DNA of 63,306 nt, filler included, from Octopus bimaculoides (GCF_001194135.2; 7 parts of 5 records of this genome joined end to end with filler, not necessarily neighbours in it); one strand, 5' to 3'. Numbered from the whole stretch's first letter, positions 24,541-37,289 are shown. The notes: generated by a model not told the origin, from the sequence alone. A program made the numbers and translations.

Positions 24541-25602
24541 NNNNNNNNNNNNNNNNNNNNNNNNNNNNNNNNNNNNNNNNNNNNTTAATTAATTAANNNN
24601 NNNNNNNNNNNNNNNNNNNNNNNNNNNNNNNNNNNNNNNNCAAGCATACACACCCTTGCACACATAACCCACATATACCCCCATTCACAAATACCTCCCA
24701 CACACCTGACAACCCATACATACCCCCATTCACACATACCTCACATACCTCCCATACACCTACACACACATCTCCCACACACCCTACATATATACCGCCC
24801 ACATACATGACAAACATACATGCGCGCCATCACACACACATATAGACGAACGCACATATATACACACACACCCATATATACGCGCACGCCTACATACACA
24901 GCCGCATACACATGCACACACAAAATAACACACATACCTGGCACACATCCTTACGCTCTCACACACATACGTACGGACACACATAAACACACACATACAC
25001 ACCTCTCATATACACAAAACCACACACACACACACCCATACACAACACACATACACCTATACACACATGCACACATACACATATACACACATGCACACAT
25101 ACACATATACACACATGCACACACGCACACACACCTCTCACATACACAATACTCACTCACATACATAACACACACGCACGCACGAAAACATACGCAATAT
25201 ACACATACACGCACCCACAAAAAATACACACACACACGCACACGGAAACACACATACAGACACACATAAACACACACACACACCTGTACCTAACACTCAC
25301 AATCCCCCACACACACGCACATCCACACACATACACACACACGCACACACCCACATATACACACACACGCACACACCCACATATACACACACACGCACCC
25401 ACCCACATACACACACACACTTCTCACCAACAGTACACACTCACACAGACACGCATACAATCACACACACATGGGCATAAACAACACACGCACATACAAT
25501 AGCAAACGCACGCACACACACGTACACAGCAACGCACATATACACAACATACACATACACACAAACACACACGCCCGCACAAAAACATACACATACACAC
25601 AC
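23270..25602. repeat. Large compound (CA/CATA/CT)n low-complexity tract (similar tracts at 21130-22460 and 58730-59390)
   Basis: Direct inspection. Confidence 0.95.
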
Positions 25603-26109
25603 NNNNNNNNNNNNNNNNNNNNNNNNNNNNNNNNNNNNNNNNNNNNNNNNNNNNNNNNNNNNNNNNNNNNNNNNNNNNNNNNNNNNNNNNNNNNNNNNNN
25701 NNNNNNNNNNNNNNNNNNNNNNNNNNNNNNNNNNNNNNNNNNNNNNNNNNNNNNNNNNNNNNNNNNNNNNNNNNNNNNNNNNNNNNNNNNNNNNNNNNNN
25801 NNNNNNNNNNNNNNNNNNNNNNNNNNNNNNNNNNNNNNNNNNNNNNNNNNNNNNNNNNNNNNNNNNNNNNNNNNNNNNNNNNNNNNNNNNNNNNNNNNNN
25901 NNNNNNNNNNNNNNNNNNNNNNNNNNNNNNNNNNNNNNNNNNNNNNNNNNNNNNNNNNNNNNNNNNNNNNNNNNNNNNNNNNNNNNNNNNNNNNCATACA
26001 CACACTCGCAGACACTCGCGCACGCACAGATATTCATCTCCCTTTTTCACTCTCCTGTCTTAGAAAGAACTTTTCCCCCACCACCTCCTCTTCCGGTCTT
26101 TTCACAATG

Positions 26110-26290
26110 TAACCTCGTGGGCATCGGTACCATTTTCCTCTTTTTCCGTTCTTCCATTCTCCGAACTTTCCATCTTTCCGACGAAGGGCTACGCCCGAAA
26201 CGTCATACACTCTCTCTTTCCTTTCCTGAGCGTCCAATAACACTATCCGTATCACGTCCTCACTTTGTTGTTTTTTTGTTATTGTTTTTT
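26110..26290 (+). mobile_element. Second copy of the hammerhead-like repeat (core 26178-26204)
   Basis: CCGACGA-A-GGGC-TAC-GCCC-GAAAC-GTC; downstream TTCCTGAGCGT is shared with the 60230 repeat. Confidence 0.6.
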
Positions 26291-26525
26291 TTTGGTGCAT
26301 CAGCATGGCCGCAGCTCTGAGCTGAAACTTTGAAATGAAATGAAATGAAATATATATATATATAATGGGCTTCTTCCAGTTTCCGATTACCAAATCCACT
26401 CACATGGCTTTGGTCGGCCCAAGACTATAGTAGAAGATACTTGCCCAAGGTGCCATGCAGTGGGACTGAACTCGGAACCATGTGTTTGGTAAGCAAGCTG
26501 CTTACCACACAGCCACACCTGCACC

Positions 26526-26578
<53 letters not shown>

Positions 26579-27192
26579 GTGTGTTATAGATAGCTAGATG
26601 GATAGGTAGATAGATAAATAGGTAGACAGACAGACAGATATGCATATATTTTGCTGTTTGTATATGTACAAATATGTGTATGTGTGTGTTGCTTCTGTAT
26701 GTATATGTGAATGTGTATACATAAATGTGTGTGTGTTTGAGTGTAAAAGTGCTTGTGTACACATGGACCTGTGTAAGCGTTTGTGCGTGTGTGTGCGTGT
26801 TTTTGTGTATGCATACATATGTATCTGTGTGTGTTTATATGTGTATGCATGTATGTATTATGTAGAGGTGTGTATATATATATATAGAGAGAGAGAGGTA
26901 GATAGAGGGGAGGGAGGGAGGGAAGGAGTAAAGAAATGTGTTGGTGTATGTATGATAAAAAGGCAAATATCTTCCGTTGATTGTTGATACAAATAAAATT
27001 AGGCCAAGGGAAGAAGTTGATGTGGTACCAAGGAACTGAGAGGCAGCTGAACTAACAAAATTAGCCATGTTTGACCAATTAAATTGTTCGCTTTTACAAG
27101 ATCAGAGTTGCCAAAGTGGAATGGTTTCACTGAAAAAAAATTACTGGAACTATTTGCCCATAAGTATTAAATTCAAATCTTAAACATGAAGG

Positions 27193-27355
27193 TGCAGGCT
27201 TGGCTGAGTGGTAAGAAACTTGTTCCTCAATCACATGGCTCTGGGTTCAGTCCCACGGTGTGGAACCTTAGACAAATGACTTCTGCTATAGACTCAGGCC
27301 AACCAAAGATTTGTGAATGGATTTGGTAGACAGAAACTGAAAGAATCCCATTGTA
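27193..27355 (+). mobile_element. SINE family B, 5' half
   Basis: GGTGCAGGCTTGGCTGAGTGGTAAG head; GGGTTCAGTCCC B-box. Confidence 0.75.
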
Positions 27356-27384
27356 TATATATATATTAAGTTTTAAAATATTTA

Positions 27385-27795
27385 CTCTTTTAATTATTTC
27401 AGTCATTTTACTGCGGCCATGCTGGAGTACCGCCTTTAGTCGAGCAAATCAACCCCAGGACTTATTCTTTGGAAGCCTAGTACTTATTCTATCAGTCTCT
27501 TTTGCCGAACCGCTAAGTTACGGGGACGTAAACACATCAGCATCAGTTGTCAAGCAATGTTGAGGGGGGGGGGGACAAACACATACACACAAACACCCAC
27601 ACACATATATATACATATACATATATATACGACAGGCTTCTTTCAGTTTCCGTCTACCAAATTCACTCACAAGGCTTTGGTCGGCCCGAGGCTACAGTAG
27701 AAGACACTAGCCCAATGTGCCACATAGTGGGACTGAACCCGGAACCATGTGGATGGTAGGCAAGCTACTTACCACACAGCCACTCCTACGCCTAT
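27385..27795 (-). mobile_element. SINE family B, full length
   Basis: GGCGTAGGAGTGGCTGTGTGGTAAG head, B-box GGGTTCAGTCCC, CORE-like domain, internal microsatellite and 3' module. Confidence 0.92.
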
Positions 27796-27799
27796 ATTA

Positions 27800-28785
27800 T
27801 TTATTTAATCAAAATATGATCCTTGTTCATTTATGACCTTCATCCAACGTTCCTCTAAAGCATATATTCCATCTTCAAAGAATTTGTCAACTTTTACACT
27901 GATAAACTGTTTGAATGCTTCAATTACTTCTTCCTTATTTAAGAATGTTTTATTGCGTATACCAAACTCAAAGTGTTTCCATATAAGATAATCAGTAGGA
28001 GAAATACCAGGATGTGCCAAAATCTCATAATTCAGGCTTTGCAACTTTTGGACCGTAGCTTGAGGAGTGCGAGGACGTGCATTATCATGAAGCAAAATTG
28101 GGTCATCTCTATTCACTAATTTGGGTTGCTTCTCTTTTAATTTTTCATGCATACAATCGTTTTCCTGACAATAGGATGTTGCTGTTACAGTTTTTCCTTG
28201 TTGCAAAAATGAATAATGAATAACCCCCTTTGTTGACCACCATACAGTGACCATCAACTTTTTGGTGTGCAATGGAGGTTTTGGTCAGTGTTTGGGTGAC
28301 CCTCCTGCATCTAACTTTTGTCCTGTCCTGCTCTTATCAAAGAGTATCCATTTCTCATCACACGTAATGAGTCAATACAAAAATAGTTCTCTTTCCAAAC
28401 AAGAAATCAACATGGAACGCACTGTAAGGCGCCTGCTTCTTCGAATCTCATTTAGTTGATGGAGAACAAACTTTTCCATCTTTTCAACTTTTCTAATTTT
28501 CTTCAAGTGTTAAGAAGCAATTGCAGGAGATGTCTGGAGCTATGATCCAAATTTTTCGGACCGTTGTTCTTGGATTTCGTTAAACCAAAGCATTCAATTC
28601 ATCATGTCGAATAACTGATTTTGGCCTCTCTCTTGGTTCATTTTTAAGGCTTTCATTTCGTGAACGAAATCTTTGAAACCATCTCTGAACAGTTCTAATG
28701 CCACCGGAATCATTACTAAAAAACCACTTGATGTTTCGTAGAGCTTCAGGGGCAGAATGACCCAACTTGTATTCGTACTAGTTAT
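27800..28785 (-). mobile_element. Mariner (D,D34D-type) transposase pseudogene
   Basis: KKLMVTVWW, ILLHDNARP, ISPTDY, ERWMKVI..QGSYFD; N-terminal RTVQRWFQRFRS. Frameshifted; TIRs not evident. Confidence 0.92.
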
Positions 28786-28900
28786 GTTCCTAACACTAGC
28801 TTAATGATAACTAAGTTATTTCACTAAATTCTTTGTTATATTTAAAATTATTGAAAGAAACAGAACATTTCAACAGAACTATATTAACAAAGGGGTTAAG
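28785..28900 (-). repeat. Single unit of the about 159-bp repeat family
   Basis: Reverse complement resembles the unit of the 30330-31055 array; ends AAAGGGGTTAA. Confidence 0.6.
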
Positions 28901-29034
28901 CCAATTTCTTATAGACTAATGATACATGAATAGCAATAAATATATAGCATATTTAAGATGGAAAGATGGAAAGCAAATATGAGTGGAAGGATTTAGTCAA
29001 TACTGTCACTTCCAGGAGTTGTAAAAATAAATAA

Positions 29035-29285
29035 AGACCCTTCCTGAGTCATATAGGCTCAAAGGGCTGGTTCCCCAGTTTCCTTAGCGTATATAATCTC
29101 CACATGGAGGGGATGCTAGTCCATTGCAGGGTTACTCATTTTCCTCAGCTAAATACACTGAAACAACATGAAATGAAGTGCTTTGCTCAAGAACACAATG
29201 TGGCGCCTGGTCCAGGAATCGAAATCATAATCTTATGATCATGATTCGAACACCTTAACCACTATGCCATGTACCTCCACCCCAG
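29035..29285 (-). mobile_element. SINE family D
   Basis: tRNA-like head GTGGAGGTACATGGCATAGTGGTTAAGG...TTCGATTCC; central GTGTTCTTGAGCAAAGCACTT; tail CTGCAATGGACTAGCATCCC. Confidence 0.75.
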
Positions 29286-29439
29286 GAGTTGACTGGTACT
29301 TTATGTTATCAACCCTAAAGGAAAGAAAAGCAAAGCAAGCCTTTACAATATTCATTCTGGTTATTCTGTCAGCTTTCCCCACTCATTTTTCTTTCTTTAA
29401 TAATAAATGGATTAGCGTAAAAAAGGTATTTTGAATCAA

Positions 29440-29845
29440 ACTAAGAAGTGTAGTAAGAAGTTTGCTTCCTAACCACATAGTTCCAGGTTCAGTCCTACTC
29501 TGTGTCACCTTGGGCTAGTGTCTTCAACTATAGCCTCAGGCCAATCAAAGTCTTGTGAGTGGATTTAATTGATGGCAACTGAAAGAAGCCCATCATATAT
29601 ATATATACATGTGTGTGCGTGTGTGCATGTGTGTGTGTATTTGTCTCCCACTGCCACTTGACAACCGGTGTTGGTGTGTTTACATTCCTCTAACTTAACA
29701 GTTCAGCTTTAAAAAACTGATGAAATTAGTACTTGGCTTCAAATAAGAATAAATTCTGAAGTTGATACATTTGATTAGAAATTCTCCAAGGTGGTGCCCC
29801 AGCATGGCCACGATTTATTAACTGAAACAGGTGAAAGACAAAAGA
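29440..29845 (+). mobile_element. SINE family B, full length, diverged
   Basis: All B modules are present. Confidence 0.8.
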
Positions 29846-30329
29846 TACTGAATTATAAGGGTGAATTTAAGACTCTTCTGCATTCGTGTCTGTTATTTAT
29901 GATACTTCAAGAAACTAGATGTTAAATAATACGACCAAAAGAAGTTAAATCATTACAACCGTTGTAGCAACACATATATTACATTAAATCTCTGTTATAA
30001 CCACAAGAAGACAGTATAACAAATTTTATGTTCTCAATGTATAAACCTCTGCCAAGTGGTCACCATAAATTCCTGCCAAAGAAGAGCTAACTAGCACTAC
30101 TCAACAACATTGTTGCAACATTCTCTTCATGTTTAAAGAAAATTGTGATTAATGATAATCAGCTTATCTCTCACACTAGAGACTTTTGAGAAGTTCTAAA
30201 CCATTATTTTAAACCATCAAATTAGATTCAGTTACTAACATGACAAATACCTGGGAAAATATTACGTAATACAGTTCAATTGTCTTTATAACTATTTGTT
30301 TACTGTCAATGTTAAGAATAATAAGGACA

Positions 30330-31055
30330 CCCGGCTTTAGTATTATCACTTTTGTTAAGCTATTTTTCTCTTGAAACATACTCCTTTGTCAATTAATTTT
30401 CAAAATAAGGAAGAATTTAGTAAAATAACATTGTCATTATTAAGCTGGTATTTGGAATAACTTGACACAAAATTTATTGGAAGGATTTTATTTCGATGAC
30501 TTTAAACTTTTGTTCGTAAATTTCTTTTCAAATACACTGCCATTGTTTCAATTAATTTTTAAAATAAGGAAGAATTTAGCGAAATAATATTGTCGTTAAG
30601 ATGGTAGTTGGAAGAACTTTACACAAAATTTATTGGAAGGATTTTATTTTAGATGACTTTAACATTTTTGTTTGTCAATTTCTTTTAAAATATACTGCTT
30701 TTGTTTCAATTAATTCTTAAAATAATGAATTTAGTAAAATAACATTGTCAGTATAAGCTTGGATTTGGAATAACCTAACAAAATTTTAATGGAAGGTTTT
30801 TTTTTATTTAGTTGATTTTAACCTTTCTGCCGCCATATTTCTTTTGGAATACACCGTGTTTGTTTCAATTAGTTTTAAAATAATGAAAGATTTAGCAAAA
30901 TAATTTTGTCATCAATAAACTGGTGTTTAGAAAATAAATTAACATGAAATTTTGATTAAAGGTTTAATTTAGATCACTTTAACAGTTCTTTGCCATATTT
31001 CTGCTGAAATACGCTGCCTTTCTTTCAATTAATTTTTAAAATAATGAAGAATAAG
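30330..31055 (+). repeat. Tandem array of about five 159-bp AT-rich units
   Basis: Anchor TCAATTA(A/G)TT at 30389, 30548, 30706, 30865 and 31025. Confidence 0.9.
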
Positions 31056-31272
31056 TGCTGGAGTGGCTGTGTGGTAAGTAGCTTGCTTACCAACCACATG
31101 GTTACAGGTTCAGTCCCACTGTGTGGCACCTTGGGCAAGTGTCTTCTATTATAGCCTTGGGCCGACCAAAGCCTTGTGAGTAGATTCGGTAGATGGAAAC
31201 TGAAAGAAGCCCATCGTATATATGTATATGTATGTATATGTATGTGTTTGTATTCTGTGTTTGCCCCCCCCC
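31055..31272 (+). mobile_element. SINE family B, 5' half (runs into a gap)
   Basis: Young-looking B head and CORE-like domain. Confidence 0.85.
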
Positions 31273-32127
31273 NNNNNNNNNNNNNNNNNNNNNNNNNNNN
31301 NNNNNNNNNNNNNNNNNNNNNNNNNNNNNNNNNNNNNNNNNNNNNNNNNNNNNNNNNNNNNNNNNNNNNNNNNNNNNNNNNNNNNNNNNNNNNNNNNNNN
31401 NNNNNNNNNNNNNNNNNNNNNNNNNNNNNNNNNNNNNNNNNNNNNNNNNNNNNNNNNNNNNNNNNNNNNNNNNNNNNNNNNNNNNNNNNNNNNNNNNNNN
31501 NNNNNNNNNNNNNNNNNNNNNNNNNNNNNNNNNNNNNNNNNNNNNNNNNNNNNNNNNNNNNNNNNNNNNNNNNNNNNNNNNNNNNNNNNNNNNNNNNNNN
31601 NNNNNNNNNNNNNNNNNNNNNNNNNNNNNNNNNNNNNNNNNNNNNNNNNNNNNNNNNNNNNNNNNNNNNNNNNNNNNNNNNNNNNNNNNNNNNNNNNNNN
31701 NNNNNNNNNNNNNNNNNNNNNNNNNNNNNNNNNNNNNNNNNNNNNNNNNNNNNNNNNNNNNNNNNNNNNNNNNNNNNNNNNAGCCAATTAATACTATTTT
31801 CTGTTGTAGCGGTGGCGATGGCAATATCGCGGTGATTAATTCCAACTTTGGATTACGCGTGGTGGTGGTGGTGGTGGTGGTCATTGGTAGTGCTGATTGG
31901 TGTATGTGATTTGTTTTTAAAAACAATAATGAATAATGCAAAAATATATTTATTTATAAAGTTTAAACTGAATTTCATTTGTTTAAATTCTACGAGGGAG
32001 AGACAGAGAGAGACAGACAGACAGACAGACAGCTTCGGCCAGTCAGTAGCCAAAGAAACAGATTTCAACTCAAACCAGCAGTAACATTCCTTGTTTGGAT
32101 TTTTCTACTTTCATTTCTGACAGCTAA

Positions 32128-32730
32128 TACCATGACAGTGCCGAATCGTTAGCATATCAGGCAAAATGCTTTGCAGCATTTCATCCATCTTTATATTCTG
32201 AGATGGTGGAGGCGCAATGGCCCAGTGGTTAGGGCAGCGGACTCGCGGTCATAGGTCGCGGTTTCGATTACCAGACCGGGCGTTGTGAATGTTTATTGAG
32301 CGAAAACACCTAAAGCTCCACGAGGCTCCGGCAGGGCATGGTGACGAACCCTGCTGTACTTTTTCACCACAACTTTCTCTCACTCTTACTTCCTGTTTCT
32401 GTTGTGCCTGTAATTCAAAGGGTCAGCCTTGTCACAGTCTGTGTCACGCTGGATATCCCCGAGAACTATGTTTAGGGTACACATGTCTGTGGAGTGTTCA
32501 GCCACTTGCACGTTAATTTCACGAGAAGGCTGTTCCGCTGATCAGATCAACTGGAACCCTCGACGACGTAAGCGACGGTTTGCCAACAATATTCTGAGAT
32601 CAAATTCCACCAAGGTCAACTTTGCTTTCATCCTTTCAGGGTCACTAAAATGAGTATCAGCTGAACAGTAGGGTTCATTTAATTGACCAGCACCATACAA
32701 CAAAATTTCAGGCCTTGTGTCTATACTAGA
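32128..32730 (+). mobile_element. SINE family A host copy split by a family C insertion
   Basis: The A sequence stops at 32204 and resumes at 32601. Confidence 0.8.
32205..32588 (+). mobile_element. SINE family C, full length, with 12-bp TSD
   Basis: Head GGTGGAGGCGCAATGGCCCAGTGGTTAGG, B-box GGTTTCGATTACC; TSD ATATTCTGAGAT at 32193-32204 and 32589-32600. Confidence 0.92.
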
Positions 32731-32883
32731 TAAAGTGGTGCTTGGAATACAATAATGTTAAAATTTGATGGAATTGTTTAAAATAGTGAGTTTGTGTTGT
32801 AGAAACAGGGGCAGTCTCAGATGGTTAATTTTATCACTGAATACACAAATACAGACAACCTTTTCTTTCTTTATTCTTATTTA

Positions 32884-33205
32884 ACGATAAACAATAAACT
32901 TCGCCCTTTCAAAGCCTGGCCAGGCTCATGGGCCCGGTTTCCCGGTTTCTATGGCGTATGTGTTCCCCTCCCCCAGCTGGACGGGACGCCAGTCCATCGC
33001 AGCATTACTCAAGAAACAGGAAGAAGGAGTGAGAGAAAGTTGGGGTGAAAGAGTACAACAGGGGTCGCCACTACCCCCTGCCGGAGCCTGGTGGAACTTG
33101 GGTGTTTCGCTCAATAAACACACACAACGCCTGGTCTGGGAATCAAAACCGCGATCCTCCGACCGCGAGTCCGCTGCCCTAACCACTGGGCCATTGCGCC
33201 TCCAC
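32884..33205 (-). mobile_element. Chimeric SINE: family C head and body with a family D tail; 14-bp TSD
   Basis: TSD TTTATTCTTATTTA at 32870-32883 and 33206-33219. Confidence 0.85.
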
Positions 33206-33468
33206 TTTATTCTTATTTACTCTTAATAATTGTTGCACATAGCGCAAAGTGTACAAAACCAGGTCTAAATATATAATGGATTTATTGCACTAGTTATGAC
33301 TGAAATATAAAATATACCAAAGTAAAATTTCTTACTGTGTTTTCGTATTTGGTTTGTAAGATTCTTGATATGAACTCATATGCTGAAACAGATTTTGTTG
33401 TATCTTGGGAGGATCTTTATGCCAATAATAAACACATGCACCGGTTCAATTTCACTTCGTTATTATTC

Positions 33469-33753
33469 GTCAATGTGTTAACTATTTAACCAAATAACTG
33501 ATCAGTTACTTGATTAATCATTTGGTTAATCGATTAATCAATGATGTTTGTCAGAGTCCTTCCATTGCTATTCTCAACTTCATCAATGGCACACCCTCTT
33601 TCCCCCATACCTGAGGCACACCTGGAGTAGAGCAAGCATGTCATTGATGAGGTTGTGAATGGTGACAAAACAACTGTGACAAAAATAATTGATTAACCGA
33701 ACAATTAATCAAACAACGAATTAGTTAATTGGTTAAATAGTCAACCAATTGAC
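33469..33753. mobile_element. MITE-like element with about 65-bp imperfect inverted repeats
   Basis: GTCAATGTGTTAACTATTTAACCAAATAACT... pairs with ...AGTTAATTGGTTAAATAGTCAACCAATTGAC. Confidence 0.65.
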
Positions 33754-33769
33754 AAATTATCCTTTCTAA

Positions 33770-33965
33770 AATAGGTACAAGGCCTGTATTTTGGGGGAAG
33801 AGGTAGTTGATTACATCGTCCCCAGTACTTGATTGGTATTTATTTTATTAACCCTAAAGGGACGAAAGACAAAGATGAACTCTGCAGAATTTGAACTTAG
33901 GACGTAAAGACAAGCAAAATGCTGCTAAACATTTTGTCCGGCATGTTTTTTTTAATTTCACCAGT
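33770..33965 (-). mobile_element. SINE family A, diverged
   Basis: A core on the minus strand. Confidence 0.7.
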
Positions 33966-34014
33966 TTGTCACCTTCCAGTTGACAAATAATGAAAGAAGT
34001 GAAACAGAATCAGA

Positions 34015-34510
34015 CATCATCACCATCATCGTTTCACGTCCACTTTCCATGCTGGCATGGGTTGGACGGTTTGACTGAGGACTGGTGAACCAGATGGCTG
34101 CACCAGGCTCAATTTGATCTGGCAAAGTTTCTACAGCCGGATGCCCTTCCTAATGCCAACCACTCCGAGAGTGTAGTGGGTGCTTTTATATGCCACCGGC
34201 ATGAGGGCCAGTCAGAAGGTTCTGGCAACAACCACGCTCAAAAGGTGTTTCTATGTGCCACCTGCATGGGAGCCAGTTTGGCAGCACTGACAATGACTAC
34301 GCTCGAATGTTGCTTTTCACGTACCACCAGCACATGTGCTGGTAAAGCGACGCTGACAACGATCACGCTCAAATGATGCCTTTCACGTGTCACCAGCATG
34401 GGAGCCAATCCGTGGCCCTGGCAACGATCATGCTCGGATGCACTTTTAACGTTCCACTGGCACGATGGCCAATCAGGCAGCACTGTCATCGACCACGTCA
34501 GCGATTTTGA
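34015..34510 (-). mobile_element. RTE-tail element (family E) with internal TGCCACCGGCA-type repeats
   Basis: Reverse complement ends GGAAAGTGGACGTGAAACGATGATGG; homologous to 48850-49352 and 59762-60071. Confidence 0.8.
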
Positions 34511-35529
34511 TTTGTTTACATTTGCCTCAGTGCATGTGTTTATCATTGGCATAGTGACCCTCCCAAGATACAACAACAAAAATGTTATTACTGATTTGTT
34601 ACATTATTATCCTTTCAATTGTCAGTTAATCAATGCTATCTGTGCTGAGATCTGTTGATGTATTTTAGACCATTAACAATCAACTTAACAGTCTGGCTTA
34701 GTCTGTATAGTTAATGAATATTGAGGGTCACGCATCCATCTCTTCATCTTGACCTTTTTATGATATATTTGTTATTGTACACAGTATTGTAAGCATCATA
34801 TATTTATATGCTGAGTATCAGGTCTAAGGATTTTTCTTTTAACACAGTGACACATACAGTATTTAGCTTGCTTACAAATTCGCAAATACAGTTAGTTATA
34901 TTCGTCTATGTACATAATATTATAGATTTCTTATTATTGACTTCTTATCAAAGAACTGCACAATAGTCTCTGTGAACTACAAAATATTACTAAAGAGTTC
35001 ACCTGCGATGACCTGGTCATTGATATTTAAATGCATTCTTCGTGATTCCAATCACAACCAAGAAAAGAAGGACAAGATAGGAAGAAAACAGGGGGGCAAT
35101 TTTGGTTAACATCTGATTCAATTTGAAGTAGATCAATGGTAATCACTTGTGATTATGGCCAATTATTATTGAAAATGGAGTCCAAAGTTAACACTTTTAA
35201 GTCTATATTTGCCAGCAGTATGTGTATCAGCTACAATATTGCTTCTGTCGTTCATTATACATCATCACCTCGATGGACAAACTAATGTAACCAGAAGAAA
35301 ATTAGATTAAGATTTAGATGTGGCTCGGCTTTTCTACCCCTTTTTGATTGATCTAGGCTTCACTTGTACATGACATTTCAAATAATGAAAGTGACTTGGA
35401 GCTTAAAAGGCTTGCATAACCTCAAAGCAAGTTGATAGCTACATGACCAGTAGTTAGAAGCTTTCTCAGTACTGCAGTCAGAAATTATGGTAATAAATCT
35501 GTTTTCTTGGTCTTTAAACATTGCAAAAG

Positions 35530-35786
35530 CATACGAGGGTGGTTGTGATGACGACGACGTTGATGATGATGATGATGATGTGGGATTTTTATTTATTTTA
35601 GTGAGGAATACATGATGAGATGATGGTGATGATGATGATGATGATGATGGTGGTGATGATGATTATGATGATGATGATTATGATGATGATGGTGGTGGTG
35701 GTGGTGGTAATGGCGAGGGGTGGGGTAATGCTGATGATGATGATGATTGATAAAGACGATGATGGTGGTGGTGGTAATGGTGGTGA

Positions 35787-35817
<31 letters not shown>

Positions 35818-35825
35818 AATGGTGG

Positions 35826-35858
<33 letters not shown>

Positions 35859-35920
35859 CGATGATGATGATTAATAAAGACGATGATGATGGCGATTGAT
35901 AAAAACGATGGCCTTGATGA

Positions 35921-35954
<34 letters not shown>

Positions 35955-35990
35955 GGTGATGATGGTGGTGGGGATGATGATGACGATGAG
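35530..35990. repeat. (GAT/GGT)n microsatellite
   Basis: Direct inspection. Confidence 0.95.
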
Positions 35991-36615
35991 AAGGATTTAC
36001 AAGGATTGTTTCATAAGAGTTTTTCAAGTAGGAGTTAAAATTATCTGAAGAAGAATTCACTGCTAGAGTATACATACAAGCAAATTAACTATTCAATACC
36101 CTAACTAGACATATGTGCATACGTGCATACGTGCATATGTGCATACGTGCATATGTGCGTATGTGTATATGCGTGTATGGGTGTGCACATGTGTTTCTGT
36201 TGTTAAATATATGAGTCAAGAGACATTTAACCAGTTATGTGTTGATTTTATCATGTTTTCAATTCGAGCTCAACGTCAAACATTAGCTTGAAGACCCTCA
36301 AATTATGCATTGACAAAAGAAGGACTGTATTATGTGTTTATTTATGTGAGTGTGTGTATGTATTTGTGTGTGTATACCACCTTTCAAATGTCTCTCTGAA
36401 GCCCCTCATCTGCCATCTCAGCCACAGCCTATAATCATTGGCATTTCTTACATAGATATTACACATATTTTCTAAGGAAAGACTTTACTTTCCCTTGTTA
36501 TCTTCCTCCTTCCTGGGTCTTATGGAATTTTCGTATTTTTTTTTTTTTTACTCTTCCTTAATCCTGTGACTTGCTGTTTCCTCGTGCAAATAAGATACTG
36601 TATATAAAACATATA

Positions 36616-37184
36616 CACAGACATGCAGGAAGTAAATAGACTCCTTTAATTTTCGGAATCTTTATTTTCGAAATTATTATTGATTGAAGGAGAGATTTTC
36701 TTCTAGTTGCTCGTCCATAATACCCAAGCTTATGCAGATATGTAACACATGTTCTTGAACTAACTTCTAGCTGTTTCGCAATGTCAGAAGCCTTTGAACG
36801 GAGTTCATTTTCCACAATTCTCTTCAAACAGTGAAGCTTTCTTTCCAAGGGCCCAGGTCGGCCGGGACGAGAATCTGTTGATTCTTTTACTTGCACTATA
36901 ATTCTATTAACAGTAGCAAGAGGAATTTGAAGATTTTCGGCAATTTTCTGCTGGCTAAGACCAGCCTCAGATTGCCCAACAATACGACCTCTTTGAAGAT
37001 CTGACAGTTGTGCTGAATTTTTTGTGCGTGGCATGGTTACTCTTCGCAAAAGTTTAATATAATAGCACCTACAATGAAAAAGAATAATTGCACTGTAAAT
37101 TCTACACCGCTGAAAACATATTAAGACGCTTAGATGAGGAATTTTGAAAATTAAAGGTGTCTATTTACTTCCTGCATGTCTGTG
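36616..37184 (-). mobile_element. Internally deleted Tc1-like transposon retaining the N-terminal DNA-binding domain
   Basis: TIRs CACAGACATGCAGGAAGTAAATAGAC(T/A)CCTTTAATTTTC flanked by TA; [49 protein letters not shown]...SGRP-like motif RPGRP...[15 protein letters not shown]. Confidence 0.9.
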
Positions 37185-37289
37185 TATATATACGTATATT
37201 ATTTATTTGGGCAAAACACTTCTTAAGTTCTCAACTAATTCAAATGCACCAGGCTAACAAAAGGTGTTTTTGATTGGTATAGAGCTTGG

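Noticed and set aside
23011-25420. Many His/Thr- and Cys/Val-rich ORFs (also 58692-59461 and 47866-48427)
   Set aside because: They are CA/TG or GATA/GACA repeat translations with no domain signal.
30330-31055. Regularly spaced repeats as a CRISPR-like array
   Set aside because: The whole 159-bp unit is repeated with no unique spacers, the context is eukaryotic, and there are no cas genes.
32205-32280. tRNA gene-like sequences at SINE heads
   Set aside because: They have A/B boxes but no complete cloverleaf that I could draw, and they continue into SINE bodies with TSDs.
36116-36180. Short (GTGCATAY)n 8-bp repeat
   Set aside because: It is an ordinary microsatellite derivative.
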